Positions 12,182 to 24,983 of a stretch of DNA of 64,000 nt are shown piece by piece. The notes below the pieces were generated by a model. That model saw only the letters and a program-made list of their open reading frames with translations, searched no databases and was not told the DNA's origin. Location of the stretch: the NCBI GenBank assembly GCA_051294375.1, contig CM119267.1, forward strand, positions 9,449,709 to 9,513,708, written 5' to 3'. The translations under genes and the position numbers were made by a program. The DNA comes from Paraspadella gotoi. Its lineage: Eukaryota; Animalia; Chaetognatha. The number at the start of each line of letters is the position of its first letter. The stretch's first letter is position 1.

Positions 12182-13788
12182 ATGCTTCCTCTTGTTATAC
12201 TACTCCTGGTTTTTTCGTTGGTCGATGGCGGAGCGATCCCAAGCAAGGAGCACAAACCGTTGAATATCCCGCTCAGCGAGAAAGAACACTATAATGAGGA
12301 AGATCACAATCCGGGTAATAAGACAAAAGACAAATGTTGCTTATTAGCTTTGACGCTGTCATAATTGATGACTCGACAGATTTCGACCACGAAGCCTTTA
12401 TGGGAGAGGAAGCCAAAGCGTTCGACGACTTGACGCCCGAGGAAAGTAAGGAGAGACTCGCGGTAATAATTGGAAAAATTGACAAGGACAAGGACGGGTT
12501 TGTGGTCGAAAAAGAGCTTCAAGAATGGATCCAGTACACTCAAAGACGCTACATTTACGAGGCACGTAATCCTGATTTGATTTTATGACGTGAATTTTGA
12601 CGTCCCTAAGTAATATCTCTCCGTATTGCGAGGCTGATATTATTCGTATGGACGTAAGAAAATTCAAATCTTCTTGTAATTTATTGTCAATATGATATGA
12701 TATGATATGATATGTCAATATTTTTCTTAGGATGTGGAGCGACAATGGAGCAATTTTCATAAAGCTGACGAATCTAAACTTTCATGGGAGGAGTACGAGA
12801 ATACAACCTATGGCTTTCTGCACGACGGCGAAGGCTCGGACATGGCCGACTACGCTGAGATGATTTCCCGAGATAAAAACCGATTCAAATCTGCCGATCA
12901 AAACGAGGACAATGTATTAACTCAGGTCTTGTTTTAAACCGTTTTGTCCGCTCCTTTCATTTCCGTTGATTATCTTTTTAACATTGCGCCTTTTCTTTCA
13001 GGCCGAGTTTTCCGATTTCCTCCATCCCGAGGAGGCCAAGCACATGAGAGACATAGTGGTGCACGAAACGATGATGGATATAGACAAGGACAAGGACGGC
13101 TTCGTTTCCCGCGATGAATACCTTGCCGACATGTATCATCCAGACCCCGAGTCCAAGGAGCCAGAACCCGACTGGCTAGAGAGCGAACGGGAACAATTTG
13201 CGGAGTACAGGTATGCATGTTATTGAACGTTTATGAAATTTTTATTTTTCCATTCTACTTCACTAGGACTCGCGGCACAAATAAAAATAGATAATACTGA
13301 TGACTAATGCGTAAGCTTTTCGTGCTTCTCACCGATTTCTCGTGCCAATTGAACTTTATATTTAAAGCACCAGGAAAAAAAATCGTTTTATTACGTAACT
13401 TAAACTTCGACCCATCCACCAATTCTATATTTATATTGAATATAAAATGTTCCATTGATAGAAATTAACGTAAAAGTAAAACCTCTTCCTGGCAGGGACA
13501 AGAATAAAGACGGAAAAATGGACTTTTCGGAGGTGAGAGACTGGATAATTCCTCCCGACTACGATCACTCCGACGCAGAAACGAAGCATCTCATTTTCGA
13601 GGCCGACGCTGACAAGGCGAGTCGATTCTATTTTTAGTTGCGCCGCGAGTACTCGCGAAAAATTAACCTCTTTTTGTTTGTAGGATGGAAAACTGACGAA
13701 GGAAGAAATTCTCGAAAGGTACGACGTTTTTGTTGGAAGTCAAGCCACGGACTTTGGAGAAGCATTAATGCGTCACGACGAGTTTTAA
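12182..13788 (+). CDS. CALU: Calumenin / CREC-family EF-hand ER protein, 6 exons (two GC-AG introns)
   Basis: Signal peptide, [24 protein letters not shown] hands DKDKDGFV and [27 protein letters not shown] and C-terminal HDEF*. Confidence 0.93.
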
Positions 13789-14175
13789 GCAATCATTGGT
13801 CGTTTCGTTTCGACATTACAAAGGCAAAGCGCCCAATTTATGCACTCGCACTCGTTTATTATCGTACAAATTCTATTAGTAGTAGACATCGCTAGTCATT
13901 ACGAGAATAATTTCGTATATAATTTTCACATCAGGCTATTAATGGTTTCATACTAGTGTTGCAAAATTTAATGCAAGTACGAATCTCAATGAATTTTGTT
14001 CGATAATTTCAAAATTTTTATTTCAATTTATGCTGATTCCATATTGTTTTTGATTATTACCACACTTGTTACATGAGATTTATTGAGTGTTTACTAGCTT
14101 TTTAGTCATGTCTTAATAAAACTTTTGCATCTCGAATCACATGAATTCCGATCTTCAATACGTTCCAATTAAACT

Positions 14176-14847
14176 ATGCGTAACGTTCCAAGCACGCGGA
14201 GCGTGACTTCATTGATTCAGAAATCTTCTGTTGGAAAGCTCATTTCTCGAGGATGGAGCAAATACCTAAGACTGCTGGACGATCGTCCTATCATAACTAC
14301 GACGTTTTCTACCGCATTTCTCTTCACCACCGGAGATATCTTGGCTCAGAATTTGGTAGAACGGCGATACTCACACGCGCCTTGGGACGTTCAGCGGACA
14401 ATACGGGTGGGTTGCGTCGGTCTCGTCTTCATGGGACCGTCCTACGCGATTTGGTATCGCGGATTGGACCGCTTCATCCGAGGCTTCGCGATGAAGCAAA
14501 CGTTGATGAAAGTCGCCTTAGATCAAGGCATCATGGCTTGGGTTTTTTGCGCCTGGTTCGTCATGGCAAACTCTGTATTTTCCGGGAGATCGTTGACGGA
14601 AGCCTGGAACGATTGGACTGTCAACATGAGAGACATCATGGAAGCTAACTACAAGTTGTGGCCGGCGGCTCAAATGTTAAATTTTTATTTGGTTCCTCCT
14701 CATCATAGAGTTCTTTTCGTGAATCTCGTTTCTATTTTCTGGAACACTTTTTTGGCGTGGAGTTCTCATCGATGCCAATGTCCAAAGAATTCTCCCCTGC
14801 CCCTTCCGGATTCTAGTCAGTGTATACTTTGCAAGACTCGCAACTAA
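14176..14847 (+). CDS. MPV17: Mpv17/PMP22 family membrane protein, single exon
   Basis: GDILAQNLVERR, WYRGLDR, KVALDQ, NYKLWPAAQMLNFYLVPPHHRVLFVNLVSIFWNTFLAW motifs. Confidence 0.88.
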   Translation: MRNVPSTRSVTSLIQKSSVGKLISRGWSKYLRLLDDRPIITTTFSTAFLFTTGDILAQNLVERRYSHAPWDVQRTIRVGCVGLVFMGPSYAIWYRGLDRFIRGFAMKQTLMKVALDQGIMAWVFCAWFVMANSVFSGRSLTEAWNDWTVNMRDIMEANYKLWPAAQMLNFYLVPPHHRVLFVNLVSIFWNTFLAWSSHRCQCPKNSPLPLPDSSQCILCKTRN

Positions 14848-15916
14848 TTTTTTTTAAAAAATGTTTTCTTCAAGATTTAAGAGAAAGTCGTAGTATTAGT
14901 TATAGAAAAATCTTTTCATATCAGAAAAAATATTAGTACTTTTGAAAACGTTATTACTTTTCTCAGAATTAATTTACAATTTCCCGAAAAACCATTGTTT
15001 AAGTAAATTTCACTATTGCTTGAAAAATTTGTTGGGTTGTAGGAGTTAATAATTTTAAAATATATAGAACTGCCCTTTTTTATCAAACCCAAAATAGCGA
15101 ATGCTAAACCCCTGTTTAACGGTTAAAAGGCGCCAAAAATTGTTTTCTCCTATGGACTTAATATAAGAAAGTTTTAAACACCTAAAGTTCTTGACGTTCT
15201 GCCGCTCGCCTATTAAATTTGCGTTGTTCAAAATATAAACATAATTTCCTTTTTCCCAGGATCATAGCATAAAGCACCCATAATATTTTATCAGAAATAC
15301 TAATGTCGCTTTTTAACTCCTAAACGACTCGAGTGCCTTTTAATTGTATGCCTTCGAACAAGAATTTGTTGTCCAATTTGGTGTTTGATTCATTGACTAC
15401 ATATCAGATGAATTCGCATGAGCGAAGATTGAATTGAAACATGTTTTGGGTGAAGGTAACAACCCTTCAATCACAAAAAATATACGCTCATATGGTTATA
15501 TCAGTTTAATTTTTAGTGATTTAATTCGTTTTTTCGGTGTTGTGAAATATGTTTTGTAGTTTTAGAATTATACAGTTACAAATGTTATTGTTTGGGAATT
15601 GCATGAAGTAAAGTTTAACTTATATTTATTTCTGAAAGTATGATTCCTCTTTTTTGTTCCATTCCACCATGACCTAATTTAAATTTCGAAATCTTTATGG
15701 ACCTTTTGGATTTTTGCCTCAGTAGATTCGGTTCTGCCCCTTTAAATTCAAATATACATAGCAGTTAATTTTTTGGAAATTTTGTTTTACATTTTTTTAA
15801 AAGTTTACATTAGTCAGTTATTTCTATCACTTTTTTGTCTTTCATTCTGAAGTTAACCTTTAACATCAAGCTAGATTGAACAGTTTTTATATAATACTAA
15901 TCTTCATAAGTATATT

Positions 15917-16340
15917 AGCGGTAGCCATCCAAATTAAAATTTTAACGGGAACAGCATTAAACAAATCCATTATTGGTATTATTTATTGTGTTAAAATATC
16001 TTTTTGAAAAAATGTTCCAAACCATTAGTAATTCGCGAATTAAAATTATTATGTTGCTATATAATGTTAAAAAATCTTTTTGGATATTTTAAGCTTTTTC
16101 AATTGATTCTGATAGAGCTCAAAAAGTTAAGCAAAAAAAGTAATTATAACTTTTTAAAATTTTGATGTTTTATTACTAAAAATTAGTAAAAACCTTTAAA
16201 ATTATCGGATGATGATGATTTTTTATGGTTTTTCCAAATTTTGACCCACTTATCTAAATATTAAAAAAAAAATTGTGTAGACAACTTTTCATAAGCTATC
16301 TGAATCTGCTTTAAAAAAAATTGACATTTCCTATTTATAA
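15917..16340. repeat. AT-rich dispersed repeat (decayed transposon-like)
   Basis: 15917-16070 matches 55676-55820 directly; about 16090-16335 matches the reverse complement of about 49610-49735 and 49040-49190 (e.g. gattctgatagagct, acccacttatc, tagacaactttt, gctatctgaatc). Confidence 0.6.
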
Positions 16341-16779
16341 GTAAATATTAAAAAAATAATTACTCCTGCTTCTAGCCATTTTAAAAAATTTGGTCCATTG
16401 AAAGTTTTCTCAGAAATTGGGAAAGTTCCCAAATCAAACTTCTGATCCCACCCCATTACATAGATATATAGATATATAACTAATATTTAATTATATACTT
16501 GCCCTTTTATTTAAAAGTACTGATCACAATAAGTAGTTTAGTAAGTTTAGTTATGCACCACTCTGTATATCCGAGTGTAAGGTAATGAATCTAAATATCT
16601 ACTAGTCTTTTGTTTCATCTCGGATGTTAGTTTTGGGCCTTAACAGTAAAGTTGGTGGAGCTTGGAACAGCTTGCTGTTCTTCCTATTTTGAGATAAAAA
16701 ACTTGGATTAAATGATAGGGTCGAACGATTTATTCCGATCCTATTTCACAAAAAATACTTCACAAGTTAAAAAAAATTC

Positions 16780-17557
16780 ATGGCGCGCGTGGACTGCAAA
16801 GTAGTTCTCTTGGGACGAGAATACGCTGGTAAAACGAGCCTCGTGGAACGGTACCTCAACGACAGATGGCTGGGGGATTCCACTGTTTACCAAAGCACCA
16901 TAGGTAAAGTTTTTTAGCCGCGATGCAAGTCGGATTAATAAGGTGGCTTTGTTTCTGAACATTTAGGTGCTGTTTTCGGAGCCAGACAACTAAACGTCGA
17001 CGGTACCAATATCATCATGGGGATTTGGGACACGGCCGGAAGTGAGCGCTTCGAAGCCATGAGCCGATTGTATTATCGAGGCGCGAGCGCTGCCGTCGTT
17101 TGCTACGATATTACGAACAAGACGTCCTTCGATAGAGTCAGGTAAAATTCCTACTACCCCGCATTGCTTTGATCTCGATCCCATTTTTTTTATCGTTTCG
17201 TTTGCGGTATATTTCAGGTTTTGGGTGGACGAACTGCAAAAGCACGAGGAACAATGCCAAATATTTTTATGTGGAACCAAGTACGATTTGGTGCAAGAAA
17301 ACCAGAGCAAGAGACAAGTGGACTTCCATGCCGTCACCGACTTCGCCGACGAACTGGGGGAAAACGTTCGTGTCTACGAGACGTCGAGCAAAACTGGTTA
17401 CCGAGTTTCCGATTTATTTTGGGAGATCGCCGGATTTTACGTAAAAAACACCAACGTTAACAATAATTTGAGTCAAAGTCCTCCTGCGTTACGAGGAGCC
17501 GATTTGAACGAAAATCGGCGAAGTCGTTTCAGCGCTAATCGCGAATGCCATTGTTAG
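16780..17557 (+). CDS. RAB24: Rab24 GTPase, 3 exons
   Basis: [10 protein letters not shown]-loop, Rab24-type [14 protein letters not shown] (Ser in place of the catalytic Gln), GTKYD, ETSSKTG and a C-terminal CxC prenylation motif. Confidence 0.92.
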
Positions 17558-17627
17558 TCAAAAACAAATTCATTGCGTTCTTATCTTCTTTTGACACGAC
17601 CAGATTATTGACCTGAGATTACTTTTG

Positions 17628-17813
17628 GGTTAATTTTACTTTCGCCGACCGGGGTTAGGGTTAAGGTTGGGTTAAGGTTAGGGGTAGTTAGGGTTAGTTA
17701 GGGTTAGGGGTACTTGGTTAACAGGTTTTAGCGTTAGGGTAATTAGGTAATATTTTTTTAAAATTTTTTTTAAAAGACGCCCAAACCGCGGTCGGCGAAA
17801 ATTAATTTTAGCC
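17628..17813. mobile_element. MITE with GG..CC termini and 8-bp TSD (Merlin- or Mutator-like), internal degenerate TTAGGG tract
   Basis: TIRs ggttaattttactttcgccgacc / ggtcggcgaaaattaattttagcc; TTACTTTT on both flanks (17619-17626, 17814-17821); second copy inverted at 47196-47350. Confidence 0.75.
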
Positions 17814-18233
17814 TTACTTTTTATCGAGTGCCTTTTCTATCTTATGAGTCAGTTGTCATGCTGAGGCTAAGAGTGCCTTATAATCTCATATAACGTTCTT
17901 CTCGCAAACCGTTCTTTAACTAGTCCATTACCTTGTTACATTTAATGTTATCTATAATTTTAACGTTCCTGTTGTGATATTCTCGACGATGGTGATAGCT
18001 ACTGTTTGTAAAAGCGTCAAATAGTTTTGGGGTGTTGGAAGCCTTCGTTTTCAGATAATTTCGCGTATCTCGTTACATTTATTATAATTATGGTTATTCC
18101 GCTTAATGACATCATTTTTCAACTTGTTCTCATGATTTAGTTTATTCGTCTGATGATAAAATCCTAATGCTCGGGGAGATAGAGGAGGTCGGTTCTTAGA
18201 GCCTCCGCGCGCGAAAAATCTCTCGACTCCACC

Positions 18234-21200
18234 ATGAGGCGAGAATTTTTCGCCCCCGCTCTCGTCACCGCGGTATTCGTGACTGTTTGGACGATTTCTG
18301 CCGCTGGGCTTGAGCGACGACCTTCCCTCAACAGAGGAATTTCGCGTCACCCTTTAGAAAAAGTGTTTTTTCCTCTCGAGCGCGAAAAGTCGAAAGCGGT
18401 CGACATCGGCGAGCAATCGCGACTCAGGAAACGAGACGCAGTGGACGAGGACGAAATCGGCCGGTCACCGACGTCAACTGCTAAAAAAACTCCTGTGTTT
18501 TTTGACGCTGGTCCCGCTGGACTCGATAGCAAAGGTTAATTTCGATTCAACTTACTTGGAAGACTAGTATTCAAACAATTCTCTTGATTTTATCGATCCG
18601 TTTCTCTGCAGGAGCTGACGCCACTGAAACTGGAGGTTCACTTAAATTTAACAATCCAAAGTTGTTGGATTCGTTGGGCATTCAATCTCTTGAGGAATCG
18701 TACAAAGAAATTCATCAACAAGAATCGGAGGAACAGGAAAGACAGTTTTTGGGTGAGTTGTTGCGGTTTGACTGTTTCGCCGTAGTATATCTAAAATTCT
18801 CACTGCTAAAACTTGCTCCCTCAGGCGGTATCGTTATCGAAGACGCCGCCAGACACCTGGGGTCCTTCATGCGCAAGATTTCCAACGACGAACTACGAGT
18901 GACTCAAATGCAGAGCATCTTTGACTCTCTTTCCTACTCGTCAACGGAGTCATCGATCGCCGACCGCCTCGCCCACATTGTCCGCCAACTCGGGCTTAAA
19001 CTCCGACGTTACGCCGGCATCCTCGCAGCTAATCAGGCCGCCGTGCAAGAGCTTTACACCTCCTACTTGTGGGATCGCTCCGGCCAGATATATTCCGGGT
19101 TTTCACCATTCGGTGTGACGTCGTCCATTGGCGAAGCGCCAAAAGATTGCTGCCGTCTTCGAAGAAACTCGGACGTAGTCTGGTCCGACGCTTGGCAGAC
19201 TCATATCTCCACGGCACAGTCGTGCGACCTCGTCTCATCCTACGCCATCGACGAGCCGCTCTTCTCGCCCGGACGCAATCTCACGCACGTTTTTGGACAG
19301 AATCTCAGATGTCACCCCATGATCAAGTGGCAGTACTTTATTTCCATGCAAGGCCTTCATGTCGAATACCCGGCGCATAATTTCGACGCGTCGCGGGTCG
19401 CCTGCGACGAGGCGGTGCACGCCCGCCACCGAGATGTCTTCGTCGCGACCGTCATGCCGAGAAGAAAGAACGTGGTTGTGGTTCTGGATCAAGGCCACTC
19501 TTTGTCGCCTAATCAAATGGCGATCGCTAAAGCTGTCGCTCACCATGTGTTGTCGTCCTTGAGCGAAGAAGACTACGTAGGGGTGATCGGACTAGCGGAC
19601 AAACCTGAGTTTCCACCTGCCGCCTGCATGTCCGAAGGACTTGTCCCAATGACGTACGAGACGCGTTACCAATTGGACCGATTCATCGGGGGCCTTCGCA
19701 AAGTAAACGCACCTACTAACCATGCCATGGGATTTCGCAAAGCCTTTGAAATGATATGGCGTAGCCTGGGTCTCGGCAACGCAACTGAGGACCCCGACGA
19801 AGCGTTAATTATCTACATTAGCCGTGGACTGTTGTCCTCTCTCGCAGACGCTAAGGATATCATCAGCACCATCGCTTTGGAAAACGGACGAATGGGTCAT
19901 CGTGTCGTCATCAACACCTACGCCGTAATCGATCAGTCGACTCCGCTTATGTTCGAGAAAAGTTTCTTATTGGACATTGCGGAGCAGAACTTTTCCAAAT
20001 ACGCCGTCATGAAGCAGCATCCAGCGCCCGTTCGTAAGGGATTCATGGTGGCCGTCAACAGCACGGAAAATATTCACGCGGAAGTGGGCGACTTTTGGAA
20101 GGTGTTGTGGCGTCCAGGCGAAGGAGACGTGCCGCCCTCTGGCACCAACCGAGGGACCGGCGGATTGGGCGCTATTCCCCGATCTTGGTGGCCGGGAAAC
20201 AATGACGACGCTGATTCCGCGGTCTCTGGAAGAACCGCCGACTCGAGTATCAAGATGAGGTTTTCTTTGCCTCACGTCGACTCGGAGGGCGGAAGTGGAG
20301 GCTTGATCGTGAGCCTGAGTAAACCGGCTTATTATAACAAGCATGTAATCGGAATGGTTGGTCTCGACGTGCATTTGGGAGATTTGATGGCCGATTTGAC
20401 CTACTACTCCGAACTGACCTCACCGCCAACCACCTCACCACTCGAATCAAAAAAGATCGAAAAAATCGCCCCATCAATGGTTCCTCTTTCCTACGCCTTT
20501 CTCGTTGAGCTCAACGGCCTTGCTCTGGCGCATCCCACCTTTTCTCGGCCCTCGGAAATGACCGATCAACCCATGCATACGGATATTTCGCATTTTGAAA
20601 AAGTTGACGGATTTCATGAAGCACGTCGAAAAATTCTCTCGTTAGATACGGGCGAGCATTTTTTGCGCACGTATTCGAACAAAACGGGGGGCTCATCCTC
20701 GGACGGAAAAAAGGATAATACTAAAAAAATTTACGTCGTCCATTATGCATGGCAGCGTATTTCCAACTCTCCGTATATAATCGTCATTCGTACTGATTCT
20801 TTAATTGACATTGAGAGTGACCCGAGCGGTGGCCTCAACGTCGTCAAGCAAACTGCTACGAGTTCGAACCGCGGCGGGGGTTCTCTGGAGATTCTCAACC
20901 TTATGTACCACCGACTCGATCTGCTCCCACCTGATCGCTCAAAGGACCGGCTCTGCACTTATTTGAAGCAAATCGCAACATTCTCCACGTCGACAATGTA
21001 TCTTTCTCCAAATGCTTTTATTAAGCCTTTCGAACACTTAAAGGAGACCGAAACGTGGACCATGGTTCAAGGTTACACGGCGTGGCTTAGGGATAAGACT
21101 GGACTTTTGTCAAACCCGGGAATTCGTCCCGAGGTTCGTCCCGACGCTATCGCCCTCTCAAAGATCAACGGAGACTGGATGCAGGCTTATCACCACTCTC

Positions 21201-23311
21201 CGTTAAAGGACCATATCGTTCGAAGATATGTGGCAACACCCACGGGCGTTTTAAGAATGTTTCCAGGGACTTTGCTCTCGAAACGATACAACCCTCTCGA
21301 GCAAAGATGGTACACGAGAGCTTTAAAGCACCCGGGTCAAGTAGTTTTTACCGGCCCCTACTTGGACGTAGGTGGAGCCGGTTATGTAGTCACGTTGTCG
21401 CACACCATTTACGAAGGAAGATCGGCGTCGCTTCACAGTGCCTCTGATCCTGTCGTAGCCGTTATGGGTCTCGATTTCACTCTTCACTATTTCTACAAAC
21501 ATTTGCAAGAGCTCTTTCCTTTCTTGTGCAAGCACTCGAGCAGTATTCGATGCTTTATTCTCGACGATTCGGGATATTTAATCGCTCATCAAGGCCTCAT
21601 AGATCCCAACGGTAAAGGTCCCGTCGAACAGCAGCATATAACCCATAAGGAACCGCTGGTAGCCAACGATATCCTTAACCACCGATGGTTCGTCAAGAAG
21701 CAACTTTGCAATTCTTACAACGACAGAACCATTCAGCGATTTTATAAATTTAACACTTCCCACGACGGAGTTTTGACAAATCTGGTTCACGGCGAGCATT
21801 GCGCCAAATATCAAGTGACACACATTCAGGGAACAAACTCGTTCCTAGGAATGATAAACCAGACTTGTTCCATGATCACAGCGTTTTGCCCTTGTTCTAT
21901 GATGGACCGTCTCTGTCTTAATTGTCACCGAATGGAACAGAACGAGTGCGAGTGCCCCTGCGAATGCCCACTGGAGATGGACTACTGCACGGGGGACATA
22001 CTGAAGCGCGAGAATTCTAACGCTCCTTGTTCTCGTTTCCCGTCTTCGCCATTTTTAGCGACGCCCAGCATTTCTTCCTCTTCTAATCTGTACTGGAAGT
22101 CGACCCCTCTCCCTCAGTGCAATCCTCGTGAATGCCAGACTCGTCTCTCGAAGGACGATTGTTTCGCCGTCCTGGATTGCGAATGGTGCGAAATCGAGAG
22201 CGACGGTTCCCAAATCGAGTCTCCCTTTTGCGCATCACAACGCATCTGTTTTGGCGGCGTGCGTGGGGCCCGTACTCCTTATCGGGACGAAATTTCTTCC
22301 TCTCTTCCCAAATCCGGACTGGGCGAACCGGGCGGCGCCTCACCATCGACTGGCGTAGGTCATCGGGCCTTTCCTGGTGTTCGCTCCGCGCCGGTGGGTC
22401 CCGTGGCAGGCGGAATCATGGGCTGCTTCCTGGTTCTGGCAATCGCCGTGTATTGCTACCGTCATCACGTAGTGCAATCGCGATACGCTCACGCTTACTT
22501 GAGCGCTCAAATGGGAAACGGATCCTCCGATTTGCGCATGAACGCTCTCGAAGAGCTTCCTCCCGATATGGAGGGACCCGTCGGGGACGGCGACGGCGAT
22601 CCACCGTCGGGCGGAATCGGAAATACCAATTTTGTGCTTGCCACTTTCGAGAATCCAATGGCTGCCGCCGCCATGTCGCCTTATCGCGTCAACACGTCTC
22701 CTCGTCGACCACTCGGCGGCGAGAGTGACTATGGTTACTCTACTATGACGCCCCATGAAGACACAGATCAACAGTCGCAGGCTGACACGGTGACTGGATC
22801 TCGTGAGCGCTATCACCCTTCCTTGGCGATTCCTCGCCCTTCCTCGGGCGGCCAACCCCGAATTACCTGCAATCCTCAACTCGCCGTTCTTCCATCTCCC
22901 TACGCGGCAGTACCCGCCTCTCCCATCCCGCCGCCGCCCGCAACGCCTTCCGTTTCTTCTCTTTCGACGTCGACGTCGCCTATGGACGGCGTTTTGACGA
23001 GTAAAGACCTCGTTTACTCTCTCCAACAACCATCTGGGGTTGCTTCTTCCGCAGAAAGCGCGGGATGTCCTTCCATTTCCAAAGACTCTGGCATCGGGCC
23101 ATATACGCTTCCGCCTCAATTGAAACAAAAGTACGCGAGACAATCTGAAGCAGGGCGCGAGAGGAGCGACGTCAAACCAAAAAATGATTCCTTGCGCGAT
23201 GGTAATGCCTTCGAGACCATTACGGACCCCTCTGTTACGGTTATTTCAAATGTCTCGGAATCCTGGAATAAAGTGCTGGCTGACGTCACAGTTCATCCGG
23301 AGCCGTCGTAG
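18234..23311 (+). CDS. CACHD1: VWFA and cache domain-containing protein 1 (alpha2delta-like), 3 exons (18234-18535, 18612-18752, 18825-23311)
   Basis: Signal peptide, VWA (KNVVVVLDQGHS), cache domains (PYLDVGGAGYVVTLSHTI, HITHKEPLVANDIL), Cys-rich CHRMEQNECECPCECP, TM GPVAGGIMGCFLVLAIAVYCYRH and cytoplasmic GYSTMTPHED. Confidence 0.93.
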
Positions 23312-23541
23312 TAAAATGAATTTATTTCTGACATTACATGTTTTTTTCATTTAATGTGTTGAAGTGTTATGTTGTGATGTTCCAGATTATATACATGCAT
23401 TATTTTGTGGCCATTTTGTGGCTTATATTCCAGATTTAAGTGCTTCTTTTTCACCGGTCTTATGATTTATGAATTTTGTGCACAAATTGCGCGTAATTTA
23501 TGATGTACTTGTGCCTTTTTTTCTTCCTCATTGCTGAAGTA

Positions 23542-24174
23542 CAGAAGGCTTCATATTAGAAAATACTTTCCCGTTTTTTCGAACCGAGAATCGGTTTCGA
23601 TCAAACCACTGGCCGATTTTGTTGAAATTTTGCATGAATTAATTTTAGAGCAATAGAAATGGGACTATCAAGTTGATTTTTGAAATATGACCTATGACCC
23701 AAGATATTTTTTAAAAATTTATCCTGATCAGTTGCAGAAACGTTTACTTTTTTTTAAAAAAAAGTACATTTATTATGACCAAAAACAATATTTGATCTAT
23801 TTCCAAGATCATAAACATAAGAGGTTAATGTCAGCTTTTGAGTTGAGAGCAAAAATTAGATCTAAAATTTAAATTTATGAAAATTAATTTCAAAATGTTT
23901 TTTCTACAAAGTTAAGACATAAATTAAACTGATCACACAAAAAAATTCGTCTTTAAGGTAAAAAAAATTTTGTTATTTTTTGCCCACTTGGGGTGAACCC
24001 AAGTGCCATGTATCTTAGCTCAGGGGTAAAATATTGAAAATCGTCTCGATAGTCCCAATAGTAATCAATAGTATGGCCATTAGGATACTGTATGCAAAAT
24101 CATATAGAATATGGTACAGAACCGATTCTCGGTCGGAAAAACGGGGAGAGCATTTTCTAATATGACGACTTATG
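23542..24174. mobile_element. Tc1/mariner-like MITE with about 55-bp TIRs and TA TSD
   Basis: The left end ta|cagaaggcttcatattagaaaatactttcccgttttttcgaaccgagaatcggtt matches the reverse complement of the right end aaccgattctcggtcggaaaaacggggagagcattttctaatatgacgacttatg|ta; no transposase ORF inside. Confidence 0.8.
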
Positions 24175-24983
24175 TAGAGCAAACGCCACCTGTTTCGTTA
24201 CTTGGCTGGACATATTAGCTTAATCTTGATAATAATCATATTATAGTTATATTATAGGTTTCGCCCTGTTGCCTTGATAAAAAGATCGTTGGCTTTTGCT
24301 CCTTCATAAAAATGATACATTTGTTAGATTTTACAGATCGACTAAAAATATAAAATGGATTTCCTTAAATTTTATTTTATATTTTTCTTTTAGATTTAAA
24401 CTCTTGAGGATTTAGTCTTCAAGTATTGATTCTTTTTTTCCTATTGAATCTAGTTTGTGCTATTTTTTGAGAAATTGCATCTAAACACATGGTGCTAACT
24501 AATAACTATAGTATACATTTAATTGATTTTAGGTATTTATTAATACTTAACAATTATTTAAATTTTAAAAAAATTCTTGGTCGTTTAACAGGAGGCAAAA
24601 ATTTTATTTTATTTTTTTATCGATCTGTGAAGATTTACATGAACAATTGACTGTGAGCGCGTGAGATTAGGTTTTTATAGCATTTAAAGTAAATAGGTAA
24701 ATTTTGCAGAAATGGGTTATTGTTGAAATTGACTATTGAGACTTAGAAGATTTAAGACACCACACACTAAAAATATTGACTATCGTGATTAGTTTTTTTT
24801 ATTCTTTGGAATTGAATCCTTTTTGACCTAAACAAGAGAATATACCAGTGTAGATACGCTACATTATACTACAAATTCTTGTGTTATGAAACTTATTTTA
24901 TATAAAGAATTCTCATGTTACTTCTCCAACATCTTCCTTTATTTAGATTTTCAGTCACGGCGAAAAAAGGCAAGTAACCCGTT

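Noticed and set aside
12690-12716. (ATATG)n and other short microsatellites such as (TTAA)n near 42020
   Set aside because: These are ordinary simple repeats in introns or intergenic DNA.
17650-17740. Interstitial telomere or chromosome fusion scar
   Set aside because: It is short, degenerate and enclosed by the TIRs and TSD of a MITE.
22340-23143. 267-aa antisense ORF over the CACHD1 tail (also 26034-26636, 32683-33291 and 37324-37908)
   Set aside because: These are antisense shadows of confidently identified genes, explained by codon bias.
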